Positions 10,105 through 19,576 of a stretch of DNA of 64,000 nucleotides are shown here, piece by piece; within the stretch, counting starts at the first letter, position 1, and every line of letters begins with the position of its first letter. Position numbers and translations under genes: made by a program. The stretch is from a virus. The notes under the pieces were generated by a model, which searched no databases, was not told where the DNA came from, and saw only the letters and a program-made list of their open reading frames with translations. The DNA lies in the IMG/VR virus record IMGVR_UViG_3300010396_000006, positions 32,001-96,000 of that record. One strand, written 5' to 3'.

Positions 10105-10881
10105 ATGGCGAACAAGTACCTTCAGGACAACATCCCAAACGGGAATGGCACGCTGACATCAAACGTCTATGACTTCAATGGGAACCTGTTGAATGTGTCA
10201 GGACCGTTGTCCTGGGTACAGTTCGGCGACAATCCATCGAATCGGCGGGCGCTCATGACAGACCCCGCAACGGGAACCTGTCGCGTCGTTCAATATCGGA
10301 ATGGTGGAGAATTTGCGAATTGGAAAGTCGATTTCCCGGCAGTTGAGACAGCCGGCGTCTACTCTTTACAAGAGTCTCCTACGGCCGCAGAGACGGCTGT
10401 CAAAGTCGGGAAAATTCAGGTCCAACCGGTCCTTGCCATCAATACTCAACAGGCGAGAGCGGCATTGAGTCCGTTGACGCTGGGGATTGTTCGCGGCGAT
10501 TTCTACGCGCAAGCACTTCCCGGAGCGCTTGGAACGATTGTCGGCCGAAGCGGACTCACGCTCACGGCAAAAGAAACGTGGCTCACGCAGCAACCGGGTG
10601 ATACGGATTCTCAGGCCACGTTCCAGATCACCGAAGCCGGTGGACTGATCATTCTCAACGGTTCCACATCTGGAATCCAAAGCAATTGGGCCAGTTTGGT
10701 TGTCACAGATGAGCAACAGGGAACAGCAATTCTGACGATGAAAGCGGATATGACATCACAACTCGGATTGCTCGATCTAACATGGGATGTGCAGGTTCAA
10801 ATGCCGAACGGCCCATCATCCCCAATTCTGAATGGCAGAGTCTCATTGGCGTCTGATGTGACTCAAAAGATCGTTGCCTGA
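10105..10881 (+). CDS. Virion structural protein with BppU-like C-terminal Ig-type domain
   Basis: VTDEQQGTAILTM..MT..L...WDVQV...G....ILNGRV...DVT pattern. Confidence 0.55.
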   Translation: MANKYLQDNIPNGNGTLTSNVYDFNGNLLNVSGPLSWVQFGDNPSNRRALMTDPATGTCRVVQYRNGGEFANWKVDFPAVETAGVYSLQESPTAAETAVKVGKIQVQPVLAINTQQARAALSPLTLGIVRGDFYAQALPGALGTIVGRSGLTLTAKETWLTQQPGDTDSQATFQITEAGGLIILNGSTSGIQSNWASLVVTDEQQGTAILTMKADMTSQLGLLDLTWDVQVQMPNGPSSPILNGRVSLASDVTQKIVA

Positions 10882-10901
10882 AATTTGCGCCATGAAATAG
10901 A

Positions 10902-10974
10902 AAAATCTAGTTGATTTTCCGAAATGATGTCGATAGAGTCAGATCACGCCGCTGATTCAGTAACATCGCGGTGA
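10902..10974 (+). promoter_or_regulatory. Promoter module: AAAATC-N5-GATTTT, TTGATT-17-TAGAGT, CAGTAAC-loop hairpin
   Basis: Seen directly; same module recurs at 31488, 34699 and 43247. Confidence 0.7.
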
Positions 10975-11005
10975 ACTTCTGAATCATTCTTGAAAGGAAA
11001 TCGCC

Positions 11006-11287
11006 ATGTCTTTCGTTCTTAAACTCATTTCTTGGCCATTCAAGATTGTATTCGGAATCAGTCCGTTCGCGGGAATCGTTGTTTCGATGATATTGGTGGC
11101 CTATTTGTCAAAATCCGGCGCGGAGGTTGTGGCAATGCATCGAGAAATGGCAGCCGCTGATGCGTGCGCTGAGCGAGAAAAACTCAGAGAAGATGAGAGG
11201 CGTCAGCAAGCATTGGACAATTGGCGACGGCGAGAAAACGAGACCCCCTCTTCTGATGATGGATATTCTGGATTGCATGATCGGTAG
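11006..11287 (+). CDS. Membrane-anchored hypothetical protein
   Basis: GAAAGGA RBS; N-terminal TM helix followed by coiled coil. Confidence 0.7.
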   Translation: MSFVLKLISWPFKIVFGISPFAGIVVSMILVAYLSKSGAEVVAMHREMAAADACAEREKLREDERRQQALDNWRRRENETPSSDDGYSGLHDR

Positions 11288-11298
11288 TTCACTGTAAG

Positions 11299-11877
11299 AT
11301 GAGACATCCTCAAGGAGTCAAGTCAGTGGCCGATTCATGGAACAACTGGGTAACCGAAAACATCCCCTATATCCGAAAGCAGTTGCTTTTAATCTGGGAT
11401 AAAGCGTGTTTTGTCCAGAAGAAAGAAAGCGAATTGGAAGATCGCTTGGCCATTGACGAGCAGAAAGAGCAGACCGAGCAGGCGATGTTGCAGGCTCAAA
11501 TCGACGAACTCAGTAAAAAGGTAGAAATTCTTATGACCGGACAAGCCGATTTCGCCGCCCAGCAAGCCGCCGTCGACGCGACGATGGATGCCTGTGCCAC
11601 ATTGCTTGGACAGACCGTGACGTTGCTGACTGGATTGGGATCTCTGATCATCGGACTGCAAACGACCGTGACCAATCTTCAGTCGCAAGCGACCGAAGGC
11701 ACGCAAGCGGATGCCGTATTCGAAGCCGCCGCCGTCGATCTCGGAACGCACAAAGCAACTCTGCAAACCGCCCTCGACAATGCTCAGGCCGCGCTCAATA
11801 CCGCCAGTTCGTTCGTTCCGCCGGCCCCACAAACCGATCCGAACGCTCCCGCAAACCAGAATCAATCGAGTACCTGA
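11299..11877 (+). CDS. Coiled-coil hypothetical protein
   Basis: Heptad-rich ORF. Confidence 0.6.
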   Translation: MRHPQGVKSVADSWNNWVTENIPYIRKQLLLIWDKACFVQKKESELEDRLAIDEQKEQTEQAMLQAQIDELSKKVEILMTGQADFAAQQAAVDATMDACATLLGQTVTLLTGLGSLIIGLQTTVTNLQSQATEGTQADAVFEAAAVDLGTHKATLQTALDNAQAALNTASSFVPPAPQTDPNAPANQNQSST

Positions 11878-11929
11878 ACGGTGCGCCCGGCCTAGATGCT
11901 GGGTGGCTTACTGGCTTCGGATGGCCAAG

Positions 11930-11970
11930 AATAGCGGGCTGAGAACTCTCCTCTTCAGCCCGCTATTTTC
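11930..11970 (+). terminator. Intrinsic terminator
   Basis: AATAGCGGGCTGA/TCAGCCCGCTATT stem followed by T-run. Confidence 0.7.
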
Positions 11971-11996
11971 ACATCGGTACATCGAATGGATTCGCC

Positions 11997-12356
11997 ATGA
12001 ACCCAAAGCGGGAATTGCTTCATCACCTTCATGCTGGCCGCTGTTTGTGGTGTAACTGCCAGACAAAGCTGGTTCGGCCAAAATGTTTTCACTCGCTTAA
12101 GGCGAATGCGTCAACGATCGATCATCTGATCAATAAGCTGGACAGGCCAGACCCGATGCAAGACGTGATCGTCAATGCCTGCAATCGTTGCAATGAGAGG
12201 CGTGGACGAGAGGCTACGCGGACTCAAACGGTTGAACAGCAGAAAGCACGGGTCGCGTTAGACAAAGCCCTGTATCAAGCATGGCTGGCTCGCAACGATG
12301 TTCGGATGGGAGCCGTTGACACAGATCGGGAAAAACAACAAAGGGCCACTGCATGA
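11997..12356 (+). CDS. HNH endonuclease
   Basis: CLWC...TIDHL...NACNRCNERRG. Confidence 0.8.
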   Translation: MNPKRELLHHLHAGRCLWCNCQTKLVRPKCFHSLKANASTIDHLINKLDRPDPMQDVIVNACNRCNERRGREATRTQTVEQQKARVALDKALYQAWLARNDVRMGAVDTDREKQQRATA

Positions 12357-12850
12357 CGTTCAAAGTCGGCGATTTGGTTGAATGCATCGATAAAGATGCA
12401 ATTCACGGCGTTGGGAATCGGTTCAATATTCTCGAAGTCAGTCCGGACGGCCTGCACATTCGGATCGACGGAACTGGGCTCTGGTTGAAATCCAGATTCA
12501 AGCTTATTGAACCTAGTGAGAAATCCAGAGGGCAGCTTGCATGTGAGGCATTCGCGGCCCGGCGAAGAATTTCCGGGCATGACTATAGCGGCTGGAACCA
12601 TCTGGATGTCAGCGAACAAGAGGCATGGGAAGCCGCCGCGATCGCAAATCGAGAGATTCCCTCTCAATCGATCACGAAAGAGGAACTGGACGTCGTCGCG
12701 GCATTGAAGAGTGCCTACAACGCATACCAGAAGCTTGATCAACGCGATGCCGATCAAGACGAGCATTTCCTACAGTCAATGGAAACATCTCTCCGGATCA
12801 TCACGTTCCGCATCGCCAAACGAGTCAACCCAGAAGTCTGGGGTGACTGA
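12353..12850 (+). CDS. Hypothetical protein (SH3-like N-terminus plus helical module)
   Basis: FKVGDLVECID; GQLACEAF..W..L...EQEAWEAAA. Confidence 0.65.
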   Translation: MTFKVGDLVECIDKDAIHGVGNRFNILEVSPDGLHIRIDGTGLWLKSRFKLIEPSEKSRGQLACEAFAARRRISGHDYSGWNHLDVSEQEAWEAAAIANREIPSQSITKEELDVVAALKSAYNAYQKLDQRDADQDEHFLQSMETSLRIITFRIAKRVNPEVWGD

Positions 12851-12884
12851 CAAAACCGAACCCCTTAAATCAAAGGGCAATTTT

Positions 12885-13571
12885 ATGACAGAAATCGACG
12901 TTAATACTCTGTTCGCAGTTGGGGCCACTGTTCATCCGAAGGAAACCGGATTTGGATTGATTGCAGGTATACCGTATGGAATCGTGACTGTGACGCCGGA
13001 ACCGACCGCACCGGGCGGCGCTGTTCTGACGCTCACGGGAATGGAGGCCGAAAAGCCATATTCACCGCATCTATTCATGGAATACGATCTGTGGCTCGCT
13101 GGAACCGAGAAGAAAAAGGCGGCAGACGCAAAACCAAAACTTCCCCCTATCCAAAAAATCGCGCAAGCGACTGGTTCACAACGATCCGTTGTGTTCGTCA
13201 AACTCGATACCGGTGTTTTCAAGGATGACCTATTCCCATCGATCCGAGCCGCAATTCAGCAGCAACTGATTGGATCATGCCTCGAAGGATGCGTGGTTAT
13301 TGTCTACTCGCAAGCTGAAATCGCGATCGTCAGCGAGCATGCCGAATCTGAGATCAAATCTGAATTCGACGAACCGTGGTATCCAATCTATAAATTCGAT
13401 GCGCCACAATGGGAACACGTGTGGGTTAGATGCGAAGATGGAACAACTCAACTGGCCTATTGCACGGGGGATGATGAGTTCATGACTCTCGAATCGAATA
13501 TCGCAGCGCCAGATCTGATCAACGAAGTCACTCACTGGTCTAAATTCATCAACAAGCAGTTCACGGAATAG
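12885..13571 (+). CDS. Hypothetical protein with DUF551-like C-terminus
   Basis: WYPI...P....VWV...VTHW pattern. Confidence 0.55.
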   Translation: MTEIDVNTLFAVGATVHPKETGFGLIAGIPYGIVTVTPEPTAPGGAVLTLTGMEAEKPYSPHLFMEYDLWLAGTEKKKAADAKPKLPPIQKIAQATGSQRSVVFVKLDTGVFKDDLFPSIRAAIQQQLIGSCLEGCVVIVYSQAEIAIVSEHAESEIKSEFDEPWYPIYKFDAPQWEHVWVRCEDGTTQLAYCTGDDEFMTLESNIAAPDLINEVTHWSKFINKQFTE

Positions 13572-13576
13572 ATCCG

Positions 13577-13813
13577 ATGGCCAAAATCGATCTGACCGAC
13601 TTAGAGCAGATCCGGACGTCATGCCCGGTCTGCCTGGGTCGAGTCCAGAACTGCAATCACTGCGGCAATACGGGAAGAGTCTCATTCAATTCGGATGCTG
13701 AATGGCTTTCGGCACGTCGACGAGTCATCACCGATGAACAGCGGCGACAGATGGACATGAGGCTCGGTCAACTGGCCGTTGTCGCCTATCTGACCGACGA
13801 ACTGTATCAGTGA
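13577..13813 (+). CDS. Small zinc-finger protein
   Basis: CPVC..CNHCGNTG. Confidence 0.6.
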   Translation: MAKIDLTDLEQIRTSCPVCLGRVQNCNHCGNTGRVSFNSDAEWLSARRRVITDEQRRQMDMRLGQLAVVAYLTDELYQ

Positions 13814-13822
13814 GGCTAATTC

Positions 13823-14110
13823 ATGCCGTTTCCTCAAATATCGCATCTGCAATTCAAAGTGCTGGCCTGCCTGATGAAAGGCGAGATGCACGGAAAGAAC
13901 ATTCGTCAAGCGATCGCGGCTGAAGGAGTGAAGCAGTCTAATCCAGCGTTCTACCAATTGATGGCCAGAATGGAGAAGGCTGATTACGTATCCAGCAGAT
14001 ATGACCAATCGATACACGATGGTATACCACTGACGGAATGCGTCTATCGTATCACCAAAACAGGCCAAAAGACGGCCGAGTCAACCATCGAATTCTACTC
14101 CGCCAAGTAG
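13823..14110 (+). CDS. PadR-like winged-helix regulator
   Basis: VLACL..GEMHG.NI...AFYQLMARME...YRITKTG. Confidence 0.75.
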   Translation: MPFPQISHLQFKVLACLMKGEMHGKNIRQAIAAEGVKQSNPAFYQLMARMEKADYVSSRYDQSIHDGIPLTECVYRITKTGQKTAESTIEFYSAK

Positions 14111-14116
14111 TTAGAC

Positions 14117-14146
14117 TTGACGCAACCCCAAATACCTGAATAGAGT
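14117..14146 (+). promoter_or_regulatory. Sigma70-like promoter for the packaging operon
   Basis: TTGACG-18-TAGAGT. Confidence 0.55.
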
Positions 14147-14158
14147 CTGCACATGTCC

Positions 14159-14250
14159 ACCTGAAAAGGTCCGACACAGAACTCCTGAAAAGGACTTCGC
14201 CAAAGAACTCCCGAAACGGACTTCAACAGCAAGGGAACTCCAGAAATGGA
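14159..14250 (+). repeat. Four (A/T)CCN-GAAA-NGG(A/T) mini-hairpin repeats
   Basis: Copies at 14159, 14183, 14209 and 14239; the last covers the ATG at 14246. Confidence 0.8.
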
Positions 14251-15073
14251 GGATAAGCTATCGTCTGCGGAGCGAAGGAAGCTCAGAAGGCAGTTAAAGG
14301 AACAAGGCGAATCAATACCCGCTGACCTAACGCCTAAGCCCAATCGTAAAGCCCATCTGGATAAACTCCCCAATACGGAAACAAAGACACCGAAGACGGA
14401 GAGTAAACCAAGGGGCCAAGCGAAGCCAAAGCCCAAAGCGAAAGCCAAGCCCAAGCCAAGAAAGACTGAGACAACACCGGCCGGTAATGAATCAGTCGAT
14501 CAACAGAACGAGACGGAACAACCCAAGCCAGTCACGGTAGAAGCGGTCCCCGCTCCCGAGTCTGAAATCTCACCCGAATCTGTGTCGGGGGGATGGGGGG
14601 ACGGTGGCAAATATGGTCCATCTGGTCTGACGAAAACGCACGAACAGCGGATGGTTGTCAGTTCATTCAATTGGCAAAACCGCAATCGATTCCCGCTGGA
14701 AAAGGCTGTTGACGAAAACCTGAAGATCGTTGATGCGGTTGATGGCAAGTCGGATGTCTATCAGGAAATCCTGACCACGACTGTCGAGATGATGAGATCG
14801 AAGTCGGCGAGGTCAAAGGGCATTGGATTGCGGGCCGGCGTTCAACTCGTGACGGCCGTGCAAAAAGACGACCATGCCAAGTTGAGGGCTGAACTGCGTC
14901 CGATGGTATTCACTCCTCCCTCCCCTGCGCCAGAGATGCCGGCTCCCGCAGTTCCGGCCCATGTCGACCAAAGCATGAACATCGATAACAGCCATCGCGT
15001 CGTGATCTTCAACATTCCGGATAACGGACGAGATCCACAATTGAAGGCGCAATTGACTGGGGCCGCTCAATGA
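14246..15073 (+). CDS. Putative terminase small subunit
   Basis: Overlaps the TerL start; ends with VVIFNIPDNGRD, a tail typical of TerS. Confidence 0.6.
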   Translation: MEDKLSSAERRKLRRQLKEQGESIPADLTPKPNRKAHLDKLPNTETKTPKTESKPRGQAKPKPKAKAKPKPRKTETTPAGNESVDQQNETEQPKPVTVEAVPAPESEISPESVSGGWGDGGKYGPSGLTKTHEQRMVVSSFNWQNRNRFPLEKAVDENLKIVDAVDGKSDVYQEILTTTVEMMRSKSARSKGIGLRAGVQLVTAVQKDDHAKLRAELRPMVFTPPSPAPEMPAPAVPAHVDQSMNIDNSHRVVIFNIPDNGRDPQLKAQLTGAAQ

Positions 15074-16797
15074 GTTCCGTTCTCGAACAGTACGGACCAA
15101 ATGCGACGATCGTAGGACCGCAACCGGGTCCCCAGACTCAGGCCATGCAGAGCGCTGCCGATATCGTGATCATGGGTGGGGCGAACGGAGGGGGCAAATC
15201 GCATTGGATTCTGCTCGAAGCAGCGCGTCATGCCCGAGTGCCAGGATATCGAGCTGTCGTGTTCCGGCGTGAATCGACTGATATCACTGACCCCGGCGGA
15301 CTCCAAGATACGTCGATGACGATCTATCCCCAGCTTGATGGATGGTTCCGATCCAACAAACTGGATTGGATATTCGATCCGGATGCTCGCATTTCATTCC
15401 GAGGACTGCCGCACGCCAAGGATGCTATCTCGTGGGATGGAAAAGAACTGGCGTTCATCGGCTTTGATGAATTGCAATTGTTCACCGAATTTCAATTCTG
15501 GTATCTGTTCAGCCGCATGAGGTCCAGTTGCGGCGTCAACCCCGTTATTCGAGCGACATGCAATCCCGTTCATGAGGAAGATCCGACCGGCGGATGGTTG
15601 AAGATCCTGATTGGCTGGTGGCTCAACTGGGAAACCGGGTTTCCAATTCCAGAGCGATCCGGGAAAGTGCGATGGTTCGTGCGGTTGAACAATGAACTTC
15701 ACTGGGGCGATTCCCGCGAAGAACTGATTGAGCGATTCACCGATCCGGACAGTAAAGAGGAAGGCCCAACCGTCTTTCCGATGTCGATCACGTTCATCCC
15801 GTCGAAGTTACGGGACAACCCGATACTGATGAACTCGTCGCCCCAGTATCGAGCCAGCTTGATGGCGTTGCCGGACTATCTGAAGAAACAGAAATACGAA
15901 GGCAACTGGAACGCGAAACTTCAGGCCGGAACATTCTTCAAGATTGGTGTGATGGGCCGCAAAGGTCAGATCATTCCGATAGAGGAACTGCCGGCGATCG
16001 GCCTACGTTATTGCCGTGCCTGGGATCTGGCATACACGGAAGGGGCTGGAGACTGGACCGTTGGTGACTTATTGGCGACTGATGGGAAAGGAACATTTTA
16101 TCTCATTGATCAAGTTCGTGGACAATGGGAATCAAGCAATCGCAATGATCGAATGTTGGCAGTCGCCGCTGACGATGAAGAGAAATACGGTCGAGTCAAG
16201 ATCTGCGTTCCACAAGATCCATCGGCCGGAACTGAAATTTGTGAGCGACTGCTGAAAATGTTTGCCGGTTATTGGGTTGTCGGTCGAAGGCCAATCAAGA
16301 ACAAGGCAGAGCGAGCGTCGGCTTATTCGTCGTCATTCAATGGCGGAAATGTGAAGTTCGTCAAAGCGCCATGGAATTCCGGATTGCTTCAACGAATGGA
16401 TTCATTCCCGACGAAAGATATCCCAGATGATGAGATTGACGCATCTGCGGACGCCTATGAAGAACTCAGAGGCCCATCGCCTGGGGGAGCAATGGCTGAT
16501 CAAAGTGCCGTTGCCAACCCGACAGAGAAGGAAAACGTCAATCCGTTCCGCGGGTTGCTGGAAAGCTATGTTCGCGAATTCTGGTCGACCATGTCGAAGA
16601 ATGAACCAACCTGTCCCGAGTGGAAGGGATCGTTGGCAAGATTCGTTGATGATGTCGGTGAGCGCCCAAGCGACGATCACAAACTCGCAAGACGCGATCG
16701 CAACGAACTATGGGGTCCAGCAAACTTCTACTGGCAACTGGGCGATGAACCGCCTCCACCGATCAAAAGAGGCTGGGGCAAGGCAATGGCGGATTGA
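15070..16797 (+). CDS. terL: Terminase large subunit
   Basis: PQPGPQ, Walker A GGANGGGKS, Walker B IGFDE, ATCNP, nuclease RAWDLA...DDEIDA. Confidence 0.95.
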   Translation: MSSVLEQYGPNATIVGPQPGPQTQAMQSAADIVIMGGANGGGKSHWILLEAARHARVPGYRAVVFRRESTDITDPGGLQDTSMTIYPQLDGWFRSNKLDWIFDPDARISFRGLPHAKDAISWDGKELAFIGFDELQLFTEFQFWYLFSRMRSSCGVNPVIRATCNPVHEEDPTGGWLKILIGWWLNWETGFPIPERSGKVRWFVRLNNELHWGDSREELIERFTDPDSKEEGPTVFPMSITFIPSKLRDNPILMNSSPQYRASLMALPDYLKKQKYEGNWNAKLQAGTFFKIGVMGRKGQIIPIEELPAIGLRYCRAWDLAYTEGAGDWTVGDLLATDGKGTFYLIDQVRGQWESSNRNDRMLAVAADDEEKYGRVKICVPQDPSAGTEICERLLKMFAGYWVVGRRPIKNKAERASAYSSSFNGGNVKFVKAPWNSGLLQRMDSFPTKDIPDDEIDASADAYEELRGPSPGGAMADQSAVANPTEKENVNPFRGLLESYVREFWSTMSKNEPTCPEWKGSLARFVDDVGERPSDDHKLARRDRNELWGPANFYWQLGDEPPPPIKRGWGKAMAD

Positions 16798-16857
16798 CAA
16801 CGAAAATCTTTATGATTACCGTTGACGCCGTTCAGTTTCACCTCAAAGGGTTGCGGC

Positions 16858-17475
16858 ATGACAGGCGAAGAATACGACTTTGCTGATCGAGCGCTCAGTT
16901 TCATGGGCCGTTTGGATGCGTTACAAGCCGCTCAGTCGGAATGGTCTCAGCGAACATTCGGGTCAGATGAGAAGAGAGGTCCCCGCGGCCCGTTGCTTCA
17001 TCTCGCCAAGGAGGCCGACGAAGCCGCTCAAGAGGAGGTCGGATCGGCCAAGCAACTGAAGGAATTCGGAGACGTATTCCTGTTGACCCTTGAGTCATTC
17101 CGGCGCGGAAAAAGAACGATCGATGAAGTTCTGGAAGCCGCAATTGCGAAGCATGCCGAAAACAGGCTTCGCGTATGGAATGTGATCGATGCGGAAGAAC
17201 CAATCTTCCACAAGAAAGAACCGTCGTTTCGGATCAAGCCACTCGAATGGCAGGATTCTCAGTTCGACGTCAATCTTAAAAGAGCCGAAACGATATTTGG
17301 ATTCTATTGGGTGCAATACAATCCGATGTTTGAAACCGATTTCGCCTGGGGATTTCATTTCCACGATTTCACCGATGAAGAACAGCACTGTTGCATGTCG
17401 TTTGATCAGGGTAAGCAACTCGCCTGGGAGAACTGGCAGGAACGAATCAAAAGCGCATTGATCGAGGCCGAGTGA
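16858..17475 (+). CDS. DUF550-like dATP/dGTP pyrophosphohydrolase (MazG-like) with C-terminal extension
   Basis: WSQRTFG...GPLLHLAKEADEA..EFGDVFLL...K.AEN..RVW. Confidence 0.75.
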   Translation: MTGEEYDFADRALSFMGRLDALQAAQSEWSQRTFGSDEKRGPRGPLLHLAKEADEAAQEEVGSAKQLKEFGDVFLLTLESFRRGKRTIDEVLEAAIAKHAENRLRVWNVIDAEEPIFHKKEPSFRIKPLEWQDSQFDVNLKRAETIFGFYWVQYNPMFETDFAWGFHFHDFTDEEQHCCMSFDQGKQLAWENWQERIKSALIEAE

Positions 17476-17771
17476 CGGCACTAATGCAGGAGACCGGAAT
17501 GAGTAAGAAGCTGGACCGAGATCTATACACAGTGATCAAAATCATCACGAATTTCTTGCCCGATGATGAATTGGGGCGGAAGATTGAAGGCGAATTGACT
17601 GATGTTCTTGAAAACACGAGATGGATTCCTCCAGAACTCCGATGGGAATCGTGGGGAGAACTGATGTCCTGCCTAGATCGCAATCTGACAGGAAAATTTG
17701 AGACAGAACCTGTTTGGGTTAAAGCGATCCAGTCTGTCTGTAATGACACAAAGTTCATTTTGGAAAGCTAG
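17472..17771 (+). CDS. Hypothetical protein
   Basis: Coupled ORF. Confidence 0.55.
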   Translation: MTALMQETGMSKKLDRDLYTVIKIITNFLPDDELGRKIEGELTDVLENTRWIPPELRWESWGELMSCLDRNLTGKFETEPVWVKAIQSVCNDTKFILES

Positions 17772-17830
17772 ACAAATGAAGCCGCTACTGAAATGGCTCA
17801 TTCAGTTATTGGGTAGTTCCAAGTCATGGG

Positions 17831-18385
17831 ATGACGAATGGGATTCATCGCTTGTTGACTGAACAATATCTTGAACTCAAAAGCCGTGTCGCGGCTGAAT
17901 ACAGTTCTGAAATCGAGTGGGCGGCAAATCTCAAGCTGTGCGCCGACTCGCTTCGATTCGCCTATGAAACGATCTGGGTCATTCTGAACGCCGGGATGAA
18001 GATGCAGGTTGCTCGACAGATCGAATCAAAGATCCTGCCGACACTGGCCAAAGGCGAATCGGCATCAATGGTATTCGGTCACAAACTGAAATGCCGGGCA
18101 ATTGATGATGTCTGGAAGAATCGAGTCAAACTGTTCAGCGAGTACCAATCGGCAAATGACAAGCTGGAATACCTCGAAACACTGCCGCACATTGGGCCGA
18201 TCACCAAATTCCATCTGGCTCGAAATCTTGGTTTAGACTTCTGCAAACCAGACCGTCACTTAGTTCGTATTGCAGGAGATGAGACGGCGTCAGTAATGTG
18301 TCAGCGGCTGGCGGACGCGACTGGCGATCGAATTGGCGTTGTTGATTGTGTGATCTGGCGAGCCGCAAATCTGGGGTGGGTGTGA
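17831..18385 (+). CDS. HhH-GPD / Ogg-like DNA glycosylase-fold protein
   Basis: HhH motif LETLPHIGPITKFHLARNLG followed by KPDRHLVR. Confidence 0.65.
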   Translation: MTNGIHRLLTEQYLELKSRVAAEYSSEIEWAANLKLCADSLRFAYETIWVILNAGMKMQVARQIESKILPTLAKGESASMVFGHKLKCRAIDDVWKNRVKLFSEYQSANDKLEYLETLPHIGPITKFHLARNLGLDFCKPDRHLVRIAGDETASVMCQRLADATGDRIGVVDCVIWRAANLGWV

Positions 18386-18386
18386 T

Positions 18387-18812
18387 ATGACAATCTTCGC
18401 CGCGCTCATAATCGGTCAGATGATCCAATTCCAATCAGACCGAGGCTACGCCGAATGCGTTGGAACAAAGGAACAAGTCGCCTCGTTCTACGTGACTTGG
18501 AAATTCTGCTGCGATCCAAATTGCCAAACGACCAACAAAGCTACCTGGGATAGATGGGATAAGCTGTGGGCCGATAATCTGTCAGAGACAATGCTGTTTC
18601 AGAATGACCGAGCGACACGGCTTGGAATCGCCAAGGCGGTCTTCTATCGCGGCTTGTGGGTGAGGTTCAGAGTTCGTATTGACCCGTTCGGATCGTTTTG
18701 GGTCTACTATTCACCGTGGGTCCATGTCGCGGCCACAATTGGTTTCCTGTTGGGTGTGATCTGGTGGCTGAAGCGAAGGATGAATCGTCAATGCAAAAGT
18801 TCGCCTGCCTGA
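18387..18812 (+). CDS. Membrane protein sharing a GxxxxxxxFYxxW domain
   Basis: C-terminal TM helix; similarity to ORFs 1725 and 30798. Confidence 0.55.
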   Translation: MTIFAALIIGQMIQFQSDRGYAECVGTKEQVASFYVTWKFCCDPNCQTTNKATWDRWDKLWADNLSETMLFQNDRATRLGIAKAVFYRGLWVRFRVRIDPFGSFWVYYSPWVHVAATIGFLLGVIWWLKRRMNRQCKSSPA

Positions 18813-18967
18813 AATGCGGCAACGTGCAAGAGATCAACAGCGAGGAAGAACACTCGGTCCGTTGCATCAAATGCAATCACGAAACAAAAGACGTACGGTC
18901 AATGGTGCGGTTGGACAGTTCAAAAGAGTTTCTGAAAAACTGGAAACCTGTCGAATATAAGGACTGA
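18791..18967 (+). CDS. Zn-ribbon protein
   Basis: CLKC..CIKC; RBS AAGGA. Confidence 0.55.
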   Translation: MQKFACLKCGNVQEINSEEEHSVRCIKCNHETKDVRSMVRLDSSKEFLKNWKPVEYKD

Positions 18968-19177
18968 TGATGCCCGTCAATGGACCGCCTCCCAGGGGAC
19001 AATACTGCGGACCGAGGCCGCTATCGCTGATTCCATATCCCACGTCACCGCCCGCGCCGCCAAAGCGGTATGTTCGAAGAGAACCGGAGCAACGCTGCGA
19101 ACCTCCAGCCGAGAAGCCAGACAATAGCTGGATGATCCTCGCCGGTCTGTTCGGCCTGCCGTTCTTATTCGGCAGTT

Positions 19178-19411
19178 GTGAAAATTCCTCAAGCGACGAA
19201 TGAGGCCAGCTTGAACGAACGGCAATACCCGCTGAATGTTCTCGCCATCGCGAAAGACGGTGAACGGTTCTTGTTCTTGTACGATGACGACAGTGTCGAG
19301 GAACTGATTCGCGTTCTTGGCCAATACGCCGCTGATACTGAACTCAACTTCTCATGGTATGACGCCGCCCTTCTGAGTAAGCGAATTAAAGATCGCCGAC
19401 CCGCCGATTGA
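19178..19411 (+). CDS. Small conserved protein resembling a planctomycete-specific family
   Basis: NVLAIAKDGERFLFLYDD...LGQYAADTELNFSWYDAALLSKRI (recognised from memory). Confidence 0.65.
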   Translation: MKIPQATNEASLNERQYPLNVLAIAKDGERFLFLYDDDSVEELIRVLGQYAADTELNFSWYDAALLSKRIKDRRPAD

Positions 19412-19427
19412 ATCTGTCAGTCCGCTA

Positions 19428-19560
19428 TTGCAAAAATCAGTAAGATTTCACAAGATGCCAATTAACCGATTGTTGGGCAATCGGACTTGATAGACGCGGC
19501 TTGTCTGTGTCGGCCTGTCGTAATACTGCCCAACGGTATTGCGACAGGCTTTTTCTTTTG
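19428..19560 (+). ncRNA. Candidate sRNA/attenuator with terminator
   Basis: TTGCAA-17-CAAGAT; hairpin 19466-19484; 14-bp terminator stem 19513-19549 followed by T-run. Confidence 0.5.
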
Positions 19561-19576
19561 ATCAAAGGGCAATCAG

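Noticed and set aside
15070-16797. Intein or intron in terL
   Set aside because: ATPase and nuclease motifs are contiguous; the extra domain is C-terminal and has no splice motifs
16858-17475. Z-base (2-aminoadenine) genome pathway
   Set aside because: No purZ in the window; DUF550 alone is not diagnostic
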